64,000 nt of DNA from an uncultured Thermoproteaceae archaeon (GCA_964575955.1 CAZNTG010000006.1:1-64000), one strand, 5' to 3'. Shown: positions 26,773 to 37,652, counted from the stretch's first letter. The notes: generated by a model from the letters alone, not told the origin. Numbers and translations are program-made.

Positions 26773-28728
26773 TCAGAATTCTATGACCTCTCCAATATCT
26801 TCACAAGGTCTATATCCTGAGAGTTTGGTTAAAGTTTCTCGAAATTTTTCACTTCTAACAATCTTCAGGAATTCCTCTACAGGTTTTCTACTTATGGAAT
26901 CCTTTCTAATTAATATGTCATATTCTTCCCATGTTAATGGTATGAAATCTAGATTATACATCTCTGCTGCTATTCTAATTCCAAGACCAGCATCTGCACG
27001 TCCTTGTGCTACTGCTGCTGCTACTGCTGTATGTGTCTTTACTTCATATGTATATCCTCTTATCTTCTTTACAAGTTCTTGAAATGTTATTCCAAGTTTT
27101 TCTGATATCTTTTTCAAATATATGTCTAGTAGTATTCTTGTTCCAGCTCCTCTATTCCTATTAACTATCCTAACATCAGGCCTTAGAAAATCTTCAATAC
27201 TCTTTATATTTTTTGGATTTCCCTTCCTAATAATAATTCCCTGCTCTCTTAACCATCCTCTTACTAATATTGCATTCTTTACATTAAGTTTCTTCAATAT
27301 TGGTATGTTGTACTGTCCTGTCTCTTCATCAACTATGTGAATTCCAGCCATATCTGCAACACCACTCTTCACAGCTAATATACCACTCATAGATCCCACA
27401 TTTACTTGTCTAATCTTGTATTTTAGAGATATTTCATTTAAAATTTTGTCAAGAACTATATCATGACTACCTATAACTAGTAGGTCTACCTTTCTATAAT
27501 CCTTGTCAAGTATTACTTCAACATTCTCACCCTCATCTATATATTCCCTATCTTCAGGAATTACAATATATCCATCACAGTTAACTACAGGACTAATAGC
27601 TCCCTGTGTCATCTCTATTGGATATGCTAGATATCTACCATCTCTCTCTACAACAATTACAGGTATGTATGTTCTTCTACCAGGACTTCCAAGAACTTTC
27701 TTAACAATTACAGCATTTATCTTTCTACACTCCTCCTCTATACATAACATCTTTGATATGAACGGTCTTGCAATTATGTTAAATACTAATAATGCACTAT
27801 TCGGATATCCTGGTAATCCAAATACAGGTTTTCCATCTACATCTGCAATTACCGTAGGTTTTCCAGGTCTTATCAGTAGTCCATGTATGAGTATTTTACC
27901 AATCTTATTCAACACTCTGTAAGTTACGTCTGATATACCTGCTGAAGTACCACCACTGACAATTACAATATCATTCTCTCTCAATGCTTTCAATATAGAA
28001 CTTTCAAGTTCTTTTTCATTATCTCTACAGGTTGGATATATCTTAGCTTCACATCCCATTTCTATACATGCTGCATATATCATGTAACTATTCGTATTAT
28101 ATATCTTACCAATATCCAATTCTTCTCCTGGTTCTACAATCTCATTACCTGTTGATAATATTCCTACTCTAGGCTTTTTAAATACTGGAACTCTATCAAT
28201 ACCTACAGATGCTAGCAGTGCAATCTCTCTATGAGTTATCTTTGTACATTTTCTAAGAATTATCTCTCCTTTAGAGATGTCTGTTCCTGTAAATGCAATG
28301 TTCTCTCCAGGATATGTTGACCTATATATTCTAACTACACCACCTCTCTCAGATGTATATTCAACCATAACTACAGAATCTGCACCTGGAGGTATTGGTG
28401 CACCTGTTGCAATTTCAACACATGTACCATCTAAAACCTCTACTCTAGGTTTATCACCTGCATCTACTCTTCCAACAACCTTTAACTCTACTGGATTTAT
28501 CTCTGAAGCATTTTCTAAATCTATACTTCTAACAGCATAACCATCCATTGTTGCTCTATCAAATGGTGGTACATCTATTGGACTTACAATATCTTCAGCT
28601 AATACTCTACCTACACATTCTGTTAGATGTACAAGCTCGATACCTGTAGGTCTCGGTTTGAAGTGATCTATCAAGTATGTTAATGCTTCTTCAGGTTTGA
28701 GAAGTTTGTGAAATATTTGTCTCTTCAC
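26773..28728 (-). CDS. moeA: Molybdopterin biosynthesis MoeA fused to a C-terminal substrate-binding (PBP) domain
   Basis: PPFDRATMDGYA, TGAPIP, STGNE, SGGTS, RPGKP, GLPGYP; then GSHD...NRNRGAGTR. Confidence 0.93.
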   Translation of the reverse strand: MKRQIFHKLLKPEEALTYLIDHFKPRPTGIELVHLTECVGRVLAEDIVSPIDVPPFDRATMDGYAVRSIDLENASEINPVELKVVGRVDAGDKPRVEVLDGTCVEIATGAPIPPGADSVVMVEYTSERGGVVRIYRSTYPGENIAFTGTDISKGEIILRKCTKITHREIALLASVGIDRVPVFKKPRVGILSTGNEIVEPGEELDIGKIYNTNSYMIYAACIEMGCEAKIYPTCRDNEKELESSILKALRENDIVIVSGGTSAGISDVTYRVLNKIGKILIHGLLIRPGKPTVIADVDGKPVFGLPGYPNSALLVFNIIARPFISKMLCIEEECRKINAVIVKKVLGSPGRRTYIPVIVVERDGRYLAYPIEMTQGAISPVVNCDGYIVIPEDREYIDEGENVEVILDKDYRKVDLLVIGSHDIVLDKILNEISLKYKIRQVNVGSMSGILAVKSGVADMAGIHIVDEETGQYNIPILKKLNVKNAILVRGWLREQGIIIRKGNPKNIKSIEDFLRPDVRIVNRNRGAGTRILLDIYLKKISEKLGITFQELVKKIRGYTYEVKTHTAVAAAVAQGRADAGLGIRIAAEMYNLDFIPLTWEEYDILIRKDSISRKPVEEFLKIVRSEKFRETLTKLSGYRPCEDIGEVIEF

Positions 28729-28781
28729 TCATGAAGATAGACATATAACCACTATTTATATATTATTCATCATCATGAAGT

Positions 28782-29174
28782 ATGTTGATGCTACCAATCA
28801 GAGGTGATGATCTTGTTGTTAAAAAGATGGCTCAACTAATTAGAGCAGGTGCAAAACTTACAAGCTATTCCTGTCCTGCATGTGGTACACCACTACTACA
28901 GTTAAAGACTGGAGAGTACTACTGTGCTAAATGTGACAAACAGGTAGTGATTGTGAGAAGTGATGAAGAAGAAGCTCAAGTAACTATGAAATTCGGATTA
29001 ACAGAAGTTAGAGATGTAGTATTTCAAAAAATAATGATGATATGTTCAGAACTTAAGAAAGTTCAAGATACAGATTCTCTACAAGAATTAACTAGAAGTC
29101 TACTACTACTACTTGAAGCTTTCGAAAAGTTAAATAAGATTATAAGAGAGTCAACACAGGAAGTAAAGAAGTAG
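28782..29174 (+). CDS. UPF0148 / Sjogren autoantigen-like Zn-finger protein
   Basis: MAQLIRAGAKLTSYSCPACGTPL...YCAKC. Confidence 0.88.
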   Translation: MLMLPIRGDDLVVKKMAQLIRAGAKLTSYSCPACGTPLLQLKTGEYYCAKCDKQVVIVRSDEEEAQVTMKFGLTEVRDVVFQKIMMICSELKKVQDTDSLQELTRSLLLLLEAFEKLNKIIRESTQEVKK

Positions 29175-29175
29175 T

Positions 29176-29970
29176 ATGAAGAAAATTATAACACTACTAA
29201 CAGATTTTGGATATAGTGATTATTTTGTCCCATCTATGAAAGGTGTCATACTATCAATATGTCCTGACGCTACGATAGTAGACATAACTCATGAAGTACC
29301 ACCACAAGACGTTAAGAGAGGTGCAATGATTCTATGGGCATGTTATAAATATTTTCCAAAAGGTACTATACATGTAGCTGTTGTAGATCCAGGAGTTGGA
29401 ACTGAGAGAAAGCCGATAATTGTAAAGTCTAGAAACTACTACTTTGTAGGTCCTGATAATGGTATTCTAATACCAGCTGCATATGATGATGGTATTGAGG
29501 CTGTCTATGAGATAGATATATATAAAGTATCTAGAGGTAAGATATCGAAGACATTTCATGGACGTGACATATTTGCACCAACAGCTGCAATGTTGGCATG
29601 TGGTGTAGATGTTGAAGATATTGGATATAGAGTGGATAGGTATGTAGTTTTGAAGATTGAAAAGCCTAGAAAGATAAGTGATAGAGTATTTGAAGTACAG
29701 GCAGTGTATATAGACAGATTTGGAAATGTTTATACAAGTTTAAGAGAGAGTGATATTGTAGAAAAACCTTCAAAAATTGGTGTAACATTACCAGATGGAA
29801 AGTATATTGAAGTACCATTTGTAGATGCTTATGGTAGAGTTGAAATTGGTAGAGAATTAGCATTAATTAATAGTGAAGGTTTTCTAGAACTATCAATCAA
29901 TCATGGAAGTTTCTCACATAAGTATAATATTAAAGAGTTAGATAAACTTATAATAGAGTTGAAATATTGA
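29176..29970 (+). CDS. SAM hydroxide adenosyltransferase (DUF62 family)
   Basis: TLLTDFG, DITH, VVDPGVGT, GPDNG, TFHGRDIFAP, DRFGN. Confidence 0.93.
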   Translation: MKKIITLLTDFGYSDYFVPSMKGVILSICPDATIVDITHEVPPQDVKRGAMILWACYKYFPKGTIHVAVVDPGVGTERKPIIVKSRNYYFVGPDNGILIPAAYDDGIEAVYEIDIYKVSRGKISKTFHGRDIFAPTAAMLACGVDVEDIGYRVDRYVVLKIEKPRKISDRVFEVQAVYIDRFGNVYTSLRESDIVEKPSKIGVTLPDGKYIEVPFVDAYGRVEIGRELALINSEGFLELSINHGSFSHKYNIKELDKLIIELKY

Positions 29971-30012
29971 TAGGTAATACTCAAATAGTAGATAGTTATT
30001 ATAGTTTTAGCT

Positions 30013-30387
30013 ATGTCTAAACCAGTAATGAAGGCAGTGATAATAGCATGTAGAAAGATTAGAGGTCAAGGATTATGTCCAGGAGATGCAAAATGTCTAA
30101 TAGCTGCAATGAGAGGTGAAGGTAAATTTGCAGAATTTAAAGATAGAGATATCAGAATTATAGGCATAATAGACTGTGGAGATTGTCCAGGAACAAGAGT
30201 TGGAGCATCACTATCCTGGCTAAAACCTGTACTAGATGCATTAAATGAGAAGCCAGACGTAGTATTCTTAGGAACATGTATAGTAAAGATGTGTAAGTAT
30301 AAGGATGAGATTGTTGAAAGAGTTAAAAAGATATGTCAAGTACCTGTAGTTGAAGGAACACACGAATATGTATCACCATTCCCATAA
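30013..30387 (+). CDS. CGGC domain protein
   Basis: CPGDAKC, CGDCPG, GTC...C, EGTH. Confidence 0.85.
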   Translation: MSKPVMKAVIIACRKIRGQGLCPGDAKCLIAAMRGEGKFAEFKDRDIRIIGIIDCGDCPGTRVGASLSWLKPVLDALNEKPDVVFLGTCIVKMCKYKDEIVERVKKICQVPVVEGTHEYVSPFP

Positions 30388-30437
30388 CACTACAATTCTT
30401 AAACTATAAAAATCTAGAAAATAGTTTTTCTACAGTA

Positions 30438-30494
30438 ATGCTGAAGTTGCAGCCCTCATCCGAACGTGCGATGTGGAAGGGACGTATTGCTTAG
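30438..30494 (+). ncRNA. C/D box sRNA with degenerate boxes
   Basis: ATGCTGA-agttgcagccctcat-CCGA...agggacgtatt; guides are antisense to the conserved archaeal 16S motifs GAGGGCUGCAACU and AAUACGUCCCU. Confidence 0.7.
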
Positions 30495-30497
30495 AAA

Positions 30498-30944
30498 ATG
30501 TCTAAAATTGTATACACTATAGGTCACAGTAATAGAAGTATTGAAGAATTTGTAAACATATTGAAAAGATATAATATAAAGCTTGTAATTGATGTTAGAA
30601 GATTTCCAACTAGTCGTAAATATCCTTGGTTTAGTAGAGATTTCCTAGAAGAATATCTGAAAAACCTAGATATAGGATATGTATGGCTTGGAGAATATCT
30701 TGGAGGATTTAGAGAAGGTGGCTATGAGAATTATATGAAAACAGAACAATATAGATATGGTATATCTCTACTAATAAGATATATTGAAAATTTAGACCAT
30801 GGCTTCTGTACAATTATGTGCAGTGAAAAACTTTGGTTTAGATGTCATAGAAGATATATATCAAATACATTAGTAGAGTTTGGATATGATGTAATACACA
30901 TCATAGATATTGATAAAGTACAGAAACATAGAGTTTACAAGTGA
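30498..30944 (+). CDS. DUF488 family protein
   Basis: YTIGHSNRS, DVRRFPTS, LGGFR, MCSE...CHR. Confidence 0.92.
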   Translation: MSKIVYTIGHSNRSIEEFVNILKRYNIKLVIDVRRFPTSRKYPWFSRDFLEEYLKNLDIGYVWLGEYLGGFREGGYENYMKTEQYRYGISLLIRYIENLDHGFCTIMCSEKLWFRCHRRYISNTLVEFGYDVIHIIDIDKVQKHRVYK

Positions 30945-31025
30945 TAATACATGCACGTATAGATATTACAGGTTTGAGGAGAGTGATTTTTTAAACCTAT
31001 ATACATCTAGTGTACATGAACTGCA

Positions 31026-31102
31026 AGCGGGGTGGGGAAGCCAGGTATCCTGCGGGGCTCATAACCCCGAGGTCGGTGGTTCAAATCCACCCCCCGCTAC
31101 CA
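31026..31102 (+). tRNA. Initiator tRNA-Met(CAT), CCA encoded
   Basis: A1-U72 acceptor agcgggg/ccccgct; cgggg-ctcataa-ccccg anticodon arm with consecutive G-C pairs. Confidence 0.95.
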
Positions 31103-31114
31103 ATACATTTAATT

Positions 31115-31693
31115 CTAGCTCTTCTGTTGACTTTGTTGAGCTTCTTGTTCAAGTTTTGGTAATAGTGTCTTTCTTAACCTCTCTATTGTCTGCTTCTGCT
31201 TCTTTCTCAATCTTCTTAGTCTATTTACCTCTTTACCTACAAGCCATGCGAAATCTGGATCATTCTTTATTGCTGGATGGTTTGGATCTACGAGTATTAC
31301 TTCAAAATATCTGTACATTCCATCTTCACCAACCCAGTATGATCCTAGTACTTCCATATTTGGATATTTTCTAGCTGCTCTCTCTTCAGCTATTAGTTGT
31401 AGACTCTTCTTTGTTGTATGTCCATAAACTCCCATTCTCTTAGGTCTTCTACCACATCTAGGTCTTGGCTTATTCATTGGTCCTCTTCTAACTCGAACTC
31501 TGACGACAATGATTCCCTGCTTAGCCTTATATCCATACTTTCTAGCCTTATCTAACCTTGTTGGTTTTTCAATTCTAACAATAGCAGGTTCTCTCCTCCA
31601 CTTAATCAATCTCTGCCTTAGAATTATACTGATAAATCCTTTCCTAGGTCTTTTCCATATTTGACCTATATAATAGTAGAATGACTTAGCCAT
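31115..31693 (-). CDS. rpl15e: 50S ribosomal protein eL15
   Basis: [42 protein letters not shown]; start at ATG 31693. Confidence 0.96.
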   Translation of the reverse strand: MAKSFYYYIGQIWKRPRKGFISIILRQRLIKWRREPAIVRIEKPTRLDKARKYGYKAKQGIIVVRVRVRRGPMNKPRPRCGRRPKRMGVYGHTTKKSLQLIAEERAARKYPNMEVLGSYWVGEDGMYRYFEVILVDPNHPAIKNDPDFAWLVGKEVNRLRRLRKKQKQTIERLRKTLLPKLEQEAQQSQQKS

Positions 31694-31716
31694 GACTAGA
31701 GACAACTTGAAGACCA

Positions 31717-32793
31717 CTATTTAAATTCTTTCTTAAATCTAGAAAGTGCAATATTAAGTATAGGAGAGTACATTGGAGTATAGATAAAATCGCCAAAATA
31801 CATACCACGTATTGAAAATATGTGAGGAATAGAGATATTGTACATAGAGTAGAGACTAGAATATAGATAACTCTCACATATAGGTAGTAGAGTAATATCT
31901 GAACAATATACATCAAAAGAAAGTAAGATATCTGAAAAATGTATAAATCTACAACATACTCTACCAACATCATAATCAACACATGATCTACATGTGGAGA
32001 CTTCGCTAAACATACTCCTGATACTACTAGGAAGATCCCCTACATGAATTATAGCATGGTCAAAACATATAGACATATTAATTTTAAAATCAGGAATCTT
32101 ACTATTCAAGATATATGACATAGACTTCAACAATAGTTCAAAATCTCTAACAATACCATAACTAGCAACCTTATAAATCACAAAATTATGATCAAGAACT
32201 CTAGGTTTAACAGTCTCTAAATCCACATTAATTTTTAAAAATGAATTATCACTACTAAATGCAACATCTCTATGCATAAATATATCATCAATATAATTCT
32301 TCAATGAGTAGTCTACATATACACCATCATTATATTGTCTAAACACATTATAAAGTTCGTATATTTTAAATATGTCAGATCCATACAGAATAACATCTAC
32401 AGAGTTCTCTCTTATCTTATCAAGATATTCAAAATTTGTATAATCAGGAAGTTTAACAATTTCATCACCACAGATAACATTTTCACAAGTATATTCTAAA
32501 CCTCTAACCTTAACATACTTACCACATACTTCAACATCTTGTAAATTATCAATATTAATAATATCAAAACTTTCTAAGATTTTCAGATAATCTCCACTAT
32601 AAATTACACATCTATCAGAATTTCCATACTTCAGATATGTGTGAGGTATAGAGTCTATTAAAGTATTAAATTTTAAATATTCTTCTAGATTTAAGCTTGT
32701 AATTATTAGCATGTTATTTAATATCTTTGAAAATTGTGATATTATGAATAGTGTTCCTATATTAATGCCAACGATACATACCTTATACCTCAT
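31717..32793 (-). CDS. Hypothetical protein; possibly an eroded FAD/NAD-disulfide oxidoreductase fold
   Basis: N-terminal [10 protein letters not shown] resembles a degenerate GxGxxG; very AT-rich. Confidence 0.5.
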   Translation of the reverse strand: MRYKVCIVGINIGTLFIISQFSKILNNMLIITSLNLEEYLKFNTLIDSIPHTYLKYGNSDRCVIYSGDYLKILESFDIINIDNLQDVEVCGKYVKVRGLEYTCENVICGDEIVKLPDYTNFEYLDKIRENSVDVILYGSDIFKIYELYNVFRQYNDGVYVDYSLKNYIDDIFMHRDVAFSSDNSFLKINVDLETVKPRVLDHNFVIYKVASYGIVRDFELLLKSMSYILNSKIPDFKINMSICFDHAIIHVGDLPSSIRSMFSEVSTCRSCVDYDVGRVCCRFIHFSDILLSFDVYCSDITLLPICESYLYSSLYSMYNISIPHIFSIRGMYFGDFIYTPMYSPILNIALSRFKKEFK

Positions 32794-32856
32794 TACCTTT
32801 AGGTAGTGTAAAATATCTAGCTTTTATACTTAAAAAATCTAATTTTCAAATACTTT

Positions 32857-33372
32857 ATGCGTAGTAGAGATATTTATGAGATGTTTTGTAAATATTTTAA
32901 CTGTTTTAAGGTTAGTGTTGAGGATTTTATAAAGATTATCCTATACTTCAGTAGTGGTAAGTGTATGAATTTATTGAAGTTTATACTATTCATATATAGT
33001 TACCATCATGCTCTTAATATTAAATTTGAATCTCCACCATTGATATGTGTTAAGTTATTTAGAATTATTAAAAATCTCATCAGGTTAGGAATTTTAAATA
33101 TTGAGGGAGATAGGCTATGTCTTTCTCAGAGCTGTGTAGGTGATGTATATAGAACTATTAATGAGATTAGTAGATGTGATTTTGTGATTATTGGTTCTCT
33201 ATGTATGAAGCCTAGAGATCTCTATTTTGAGTTATCTAGTAAGGTTTCATATTTCGAGAAGTGTGATGTTCATCTACTTCTAGTTAGGTCTTTTGAGGAT
33301 TTTTTAGTCAGAGATGTCAATTCTCTAGATATTTTAGACATTGTTAAACTCATTTTAAGGCAATTATGTTAA
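32857..33372 (+). CDS. Hypothetical protein
   Basis: 171-aa ORF upstream of top6B; possible winged-helix segment. Confidence 0.5.
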   Translation: MRSRDIYEMFCKYFNCFKVSVEDFIKIILYFSSGKCMNLLKFILFIYSYHHALNIKFESPPLICVKLFRIIKNLIRLGILNIEGDRLCLSQSCVGDVYRTINEISRCDFVIIGSLCMKPRDLYFELSSKVSYFEKCDVHLLLVRSFEDFLVRDVNSLDILDIVKLILRQLC

Positions 33373-33422
33373 TCTTGTGTATTTATAAATCTTTAAAGTA
33401 TACTATAGGTGAGGTTCTGGTT

Positions 33423-35012
33423 ATGAAGAGTAAGAATATTGAGATTAAGTATGAAGAACTTTCACCTGCTGAGTGGTTTAGGAGAAATAAGGAGCTTGCT
33501 GGTCTAACTAATCCAACTAGAGCTATGTATCAGACAATTAGAGAATTTGTTGAAAATAGTTTAGATGCTACTGAAAGTTATGGAATACTTCCAAACATAA
33601 TAATAAGGATAGAACATTATGATAAATCTAGAGGATGGGTATCTGTATATGTTGAAGATAATGGTGTAGGAATACCTGATCATGAAATACCAAATGTGTT
33701 TGGTAGAGTATTCTATAGTAGTAAGTACAGGATTAGGCAACATAGAGGAGTATTTGGACTTGGTGCAAAGATGATAATACTATATGCACAATCAACAACA
33801 AATAAGCCGATAGTTGTTAGAAGTGCTCCAATTGGAAGTGACAAGATATATGAGTATGTCTTGATGATAAACACATTGAAAAATGAGCCAATAATACTTG
33901 AGAGAAGAGAGTATGAGAATAGGTATAAGTGGCATGGAACTGCTGTTAAAGTTATAATTGAGGGAGACTGGTCTAGAGCTAAGAGGAGAATTGAAGAATA
34001 TTTAAGGAGAACTTACATGATTGCTCCATATGCTGAAATTATATTAAAGGCACCTGACTTAACATTATACTTTCCAAGAATTGTCACTAAACTTCCAACA
34101 CCACCAAAAGAAGGATTACCACATCCTAAGAGTGTTGATGTTGAATTAATAAAACATCTAATTAGTAGAGATCCAAATCTAACACTAAGAGAATTTCTAA
34201 TAGAATATTTTGACGGTGTTGGTAAACAGACAGCTGAATCATTTCTAAAATGGGCAAAATTTGACCCTGACAGGAAGGTTGGAGAATTGACAGAAGAAGA
34301 GATTACTGAATTGACAACAAAGATGAGAGAGTTTAATGGTTGGAGAAGACCTAAAGCTGACTGGCTATCTCCTGTAGGTGAAGATCTCCTAATTGAAGGT
34401 ATTAAGAAGGTTTTAGAACCTGAATTTGTTGCTGCAGTTACAAGAAAACCGAGTTCATACATGGGTCATCCATTCATAGTTGAAGCAGCAATAGCGTGGG
34501 GTGGTAAAATTCCACCAAGTGAAAGACCGATAGTTTACAGATTTGCAAATAAAGTACCACTACTATATGATGAAGGTAGTGATGTTGTTAGAAAGGTAGT
34601 TGAAGAGATTGACTGGAGTGTATATAAGGTAAAATTCCCAGCACCTCTAGCAGTTGTTGTTCATGTATGCTCAACAAAGATACCGTACGTAAGTGCAGGT
34701 AAGGAAGCAATTGCAGATGTTGTAGAGATTGAGGAAGAGATAACACTAGCTATAAGAGAAGTTGCTAGAAAGTTAAGACAATACATAACTAAGAAAGAGA
34801 AAGAGGAAGAAATATACATAAAGTATGCAACATTCAGCATGTATGCTGGAGAAGTAGCACATGCATTAGCATACGTAACATCAAAATCTGAAGAAGAGTT
34901 AAAGAAGAAACTTCAAGAATTGATAATAAGGAAGGTTGGTCTACCACCAATACAACAACCTCAAGAGAAATCTCAGGAAAAGGAAGAGAAAACTGTAGAA
35001 ATTAAGAAGTAA
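33423..35012 (+). CDS. top6B: DNA topoisomerase VI subunit B
   Basis: EFVENSLDA, EDNGVGI, RGVFGLG, RFANKVPLLYD, STKIPY; start at ATG 33423. Confidence 0.97.
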   Translation: MKSKNIEIKYEELSPAEWFRRNKELAGLTNPTRAMYQTIREFVENSLDATESYGILPNIIIRIEHYDKSRGWVSVYVEDNGVGIPDHEIPNVFGRVFYSSKYRIRQHRGVFGLGAKMIILYAQSTTNKPIVVRSAPIGSDKIYEYVLMINTLKNEPIILERREYENRYKWHGTAVKVIIEGDWSRAKRRIEEYLRRTYMIAPYAEIILKAPDLTLYFPRIVTKLPTPPKEGLPHPKSVDVELIKHLISRDPNLTLREFLIEYFDGVGKQTAESFLKWAKFDPDRKVGELTEEEITELTTKMREFNGWRRPKADWLSPVGEDLLIEGIKKVLEPEFVAAVTRKPSSYMGHPFIVEAAIAWGGKIPPSERPIVYRFANKVPLLYDEGSDVVRKVVEEIDWSVYKVKFPAPLAVVVHVCSTKIPYVSAGKEAIADVVEIEEEITLAIREVARKLRQYITKKEKEEEIYIKYATFSMYAGEVAHALAYVTSKSEEELKKKLQELIIRKVGLPPIQQPQEKSQEKEEKTVEIKK

Positions 35013-35054
35013 CTTTTTCAATTGTAAGCATTAGTCCTCTGATAATACTTTAAT

Positions 35055-35081
35055 ATTATCCGAAATCCGATAACGGATAAT
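35055..35081. promoter_or_regulatory. Inverted repeat overlapping the wtpA start; candidate operator
   Basis: attatccg-N11-cggataat immediately after the TATA-like ctttaata and covering the start of the ATG at 35080. Confidence 0.5.
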
Positions 35082-36168
35082 GACTAAGAAAACTATAATT
35101 GGTATAGTGATAGTCATAATAGTCATATGTATAGCACTATCAATCTACTATATATCAATACTACATAAATCAACAATTTCAAAATCTACATCATTAAGAA
35201 TATTTTGTGCTGGATCATTAGCAATACCATTTCAAAATATTTCACAAATATTTGAAAATATGTATCATATACCTGTACATATTGAATCTAGTGGTAGTGT
35301 TATGGCTGTTAGAAAGATTGTTGATCTACATAGATGGTGTGATGTTTTGGGAGTTTCTGACTATAGATTAATACCTAGATTTATGATTCCTAAATATGCT
35401 AAGTGGTGTATTGGATTTGCAACAAATCAAATAGTTTTAGCATTTACAAATCATTCAAAATATGCTAAATATCTACTAAGTCATCCTCAAGATTGGTATA
35501 AGATACTTATGAGAAGTGACGTCAGGTATGGTTTTTCAAATCCAGATATGGATCCATGTGGTTATAGAGCTGTTGGAGTAATAGCTCTAGCAGCATTATA
35601 CTACCATAATTTGACAATACTTGAAAAGTTAGTAATATCGAAAATTTCAGGATCTAGATACGTCTACAAAAATGGTACTATCACTGTATACATACCTGCA
35701 ACATTTAATGTTAAAGGTAGAAATCTCGTTATTAGACCTAAAGAGGTTGATCTAGTAGCTTTATTAGAATCTGGAGAGATAGATTACGCATTTGAATATA
35801 AGAGTGTTGCTATCCAACACCATCTACTATACATAACTCTACCACCATCGTTAAATCTTGGAAATATAGATTATTCAAACTTCTATAAAAAAGTCACAGT
35901 TGTAATCTTGTGGGGTACAAAAGAAGCTAAAGCTATTAAAATAGCACCGATAGTATATGGCATCACTATACCAACAGTCTCTAAACATAGAGATCTTGCA
36001 ATAAAATTTGTAGAACTACTACTAAGTGATGTTGGTAGAAAAATATTTGAAAGATACGGTCAAAATATACTAAGGAGATTAATAATAATTGGTAATATTC
36101 CTAAAGATCTTATAGAGTTCTTAAGAGAGAATGGTTATACATATGTCATCGAGAATATTACAGGTTGA
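35080..36168 (+). CDS. wtpA: Tungstate/molybdate ABC transporter substrate-binding protein WtpA
   Basis: AGSL, SGSVMAVRK, SNPDMDPCGYR, RPKEVDL, DYAFEYKSVAIQH. Confidence 0.92.
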   Translation: MTKKTIIGIVIVIIVICIALSIYYISILHKSTISKSTSLRIFCAGSLAIPFQNISQIFENMYHIPVHIESSGSVMAVRKIVDLHRWCDVLGVSDYRLIPRFMIPKYAKWCIGFATNQIVLAFTNHSKYAKYLLSHPQDWYKILMRSDVRYGFSNPDMDPCGYRAVGVIALAALYYHNLTILEKLVISKISGSRYVYKNGTITVYIPATFNVKGRNLVIRPKEVDLVALLESGEIDYAFEYKSVAIQHHLLYITLPPSLNLGNIDYSNFYKKVTVVILWGTKEAKAIKIAPIVYGITIPTVSKHRDLAIKFVELLLSDVGRKIFERYGQNILRRLIIIGNIPKDLIEFLRENGYTYVIENITG

Positions 36169-36928
36169 GAAGACGTTAATAATATTCTACTCACTATTTT
36201 CAATTGCAATATTATTTATACTAATACCAATAGTAGCATTATTCATATCATTTAGATATGATGTGCTTATTAGTATATTGAAAACTCCACTATATGTTAA
36301 TGAGTTTAAATCTGCCTTAATTACAACATTTAAAGCAGCATTTATATCATTACTAATATTAGTAGTTGTTGGCATACCTGTAGGTTATGTATTGGCTAGA
36401 TCAAATTTTAAATTTAAATCTATTATTGAAGCTTTAATCGACATTCCCTTTGTAATACCTCACCCTATTGTTGGCGTTATGCTTCTTATGGCATTTGGTA
36501 GTAGAGGTATCATATCTATGAGTATTGAAGATACTTTTTGGGGTATAGTGTCGGTTATGGTATTTGTATCTCTACCCTTAATGGTAGATACTATAAAGCT
36601 TGGATTTCTATCAATAGATCCAACACTTGAGTATGTTGCTAGAAGCCTTGGTGCATCATTTTCAAAGACTTTTATAAGTATACTACTACCATTATGTATT
36701 AGAAACATATTTGCAGGATGTATATTATCGCTAGCTAGGTCTCTTAGTGAAGTTGGTGCTTTACTAATACTAGCATACTTTCCAAAAACTATCAACATTC
36801 TCATACTTGATTGGTTTGATACTCTAGGTTTACCATATGCTGTTGTCGTATCTTGTCTATATCTACTAATAATACTTATAATGTTCATAGTGTTGAGAAT
36901 AGTTACTAAGACACATGTTACTTATTAA
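36131..36928 (+). CDS. wtpB: Tungstate/molybdate ABC transporter permease
   Basis: DIPFVIPH, EYVARSLGAS (EAA loop), ARSLSEVGA. Confidence 0.9.
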   Translation: MVIHMSSRILQVEKTLIIFYSLFSIAILFILIPIVALFISFRYDVLISILKTPLYVNEFKSALITTFKAAFISLLILVVVGIPVGYVLARSNFKFKSIIEALIDIPFVIPHPIVGVMLLMAFGSRGIISMSIEDTFWGIVSVMVFVSLPLMVDTIKLGFLSIDPTLEYVARSLGASFSKTFISILLPLCIRNIFAGCILSLARSLSEVGALLILAYFPKTINILILDWFDTLGLPYAVVVSCLYLLIILIMFIVLRIVTKTHVTY

Positions 36929-37652
36929 AGATTTAGAGATTAAAGTTGGTGATGTACATATATATGTTAAAAATATATCAGTAGATAAGTATGAATATTG
37001 TATATTGTTAGGTCCTAGTGGTGTTGGTAAGACACTTCTATTAAACTCTATTGTTGGTTTTATAAAGCCTTTGAGAGGTAGTATAATTATTGATGATATT
37101 GATGTTACAAACTTACCACCAGAGAAGAGAGGTATTGCTATCGTTCCTCAAAATTTTGCATTATTTCCACATATGTCTGTTTATGATAATCTTGCATTTC
37201 CTCTTAAAATTAAGAAGCTTAATAAGAGAGAGATTGAGAGAAGGATTATTGAGATTTCTAGACTTTTAGAAATTGAAAATGTTCTCAATAGGAAACCAAG
37301 TACTTTAAGTGCTGGTGAAGCTCAGAGAGTTGCTATTGCTAGAGCACTATTATCTGAGCCTAGAGTTCTACTTCTAGATGAGCCATTATCAAATCTTGAT
37401 CCAGGTAGAAAACTTTCAGCTATGAGACTTCTACATAGTCTATGTAAAGAGAGAGATATCTACATAATACATGTCACACATGATATAGCTGAAGCTGTGA
37501 TACTCGGTGATAAGATATACTACATGTCTGGTGGTGAAATTGTATTTGAAGGTACGTCTAGGGAATTTTTAGAATCTATATATGCTAGACCATATATAGA
37601 TCTTATTAAGAAGGTTTTTGAAGTGTATAGTCTGGCTAGATCCCCCTTATAA
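36915..37652 (+). CDS. wtpC: Tungstate/molybdate ABC transporter ATPase
   Basis: GPSGVGKT, LFPHMSV, LSAGEAQR, LLLDEP, HVTHD. Confidence 0.9.
   Translation: MLLIKDLEIKVGDVHIYVKNISVDKYEYCILLGPSGVGKTLLLNSIVGFIKPLRGSIIIDDIDVTNLPPEKRGIAIVPQNFALFPHMSVYDNLAFPLKIKKLNKREIERRIIEISRLLEIENVLNRKPSTLSAGEAQRVAIARALLSEPRVLLLDEPLSNLDPGRKLSAMRLLHSLCKERDIYIIHVTHDIAEAVILGDKIYYMSGGEIVFEGTSREFLESIYARPYIDLIKKVFEVYSLARSPL

Noticed and set aside
31115-31260. eL15 lacks the usual C-terminal RGLTSAG segment
   Set aside because: It matches my recollection of Thermoproteales eL15, so it is a lineage trait rather than a frameshift
30910-31374. 154-aa plus-strand ORF
   Set aside because: It reads through tRNA-iMet and antisense to rpl15e
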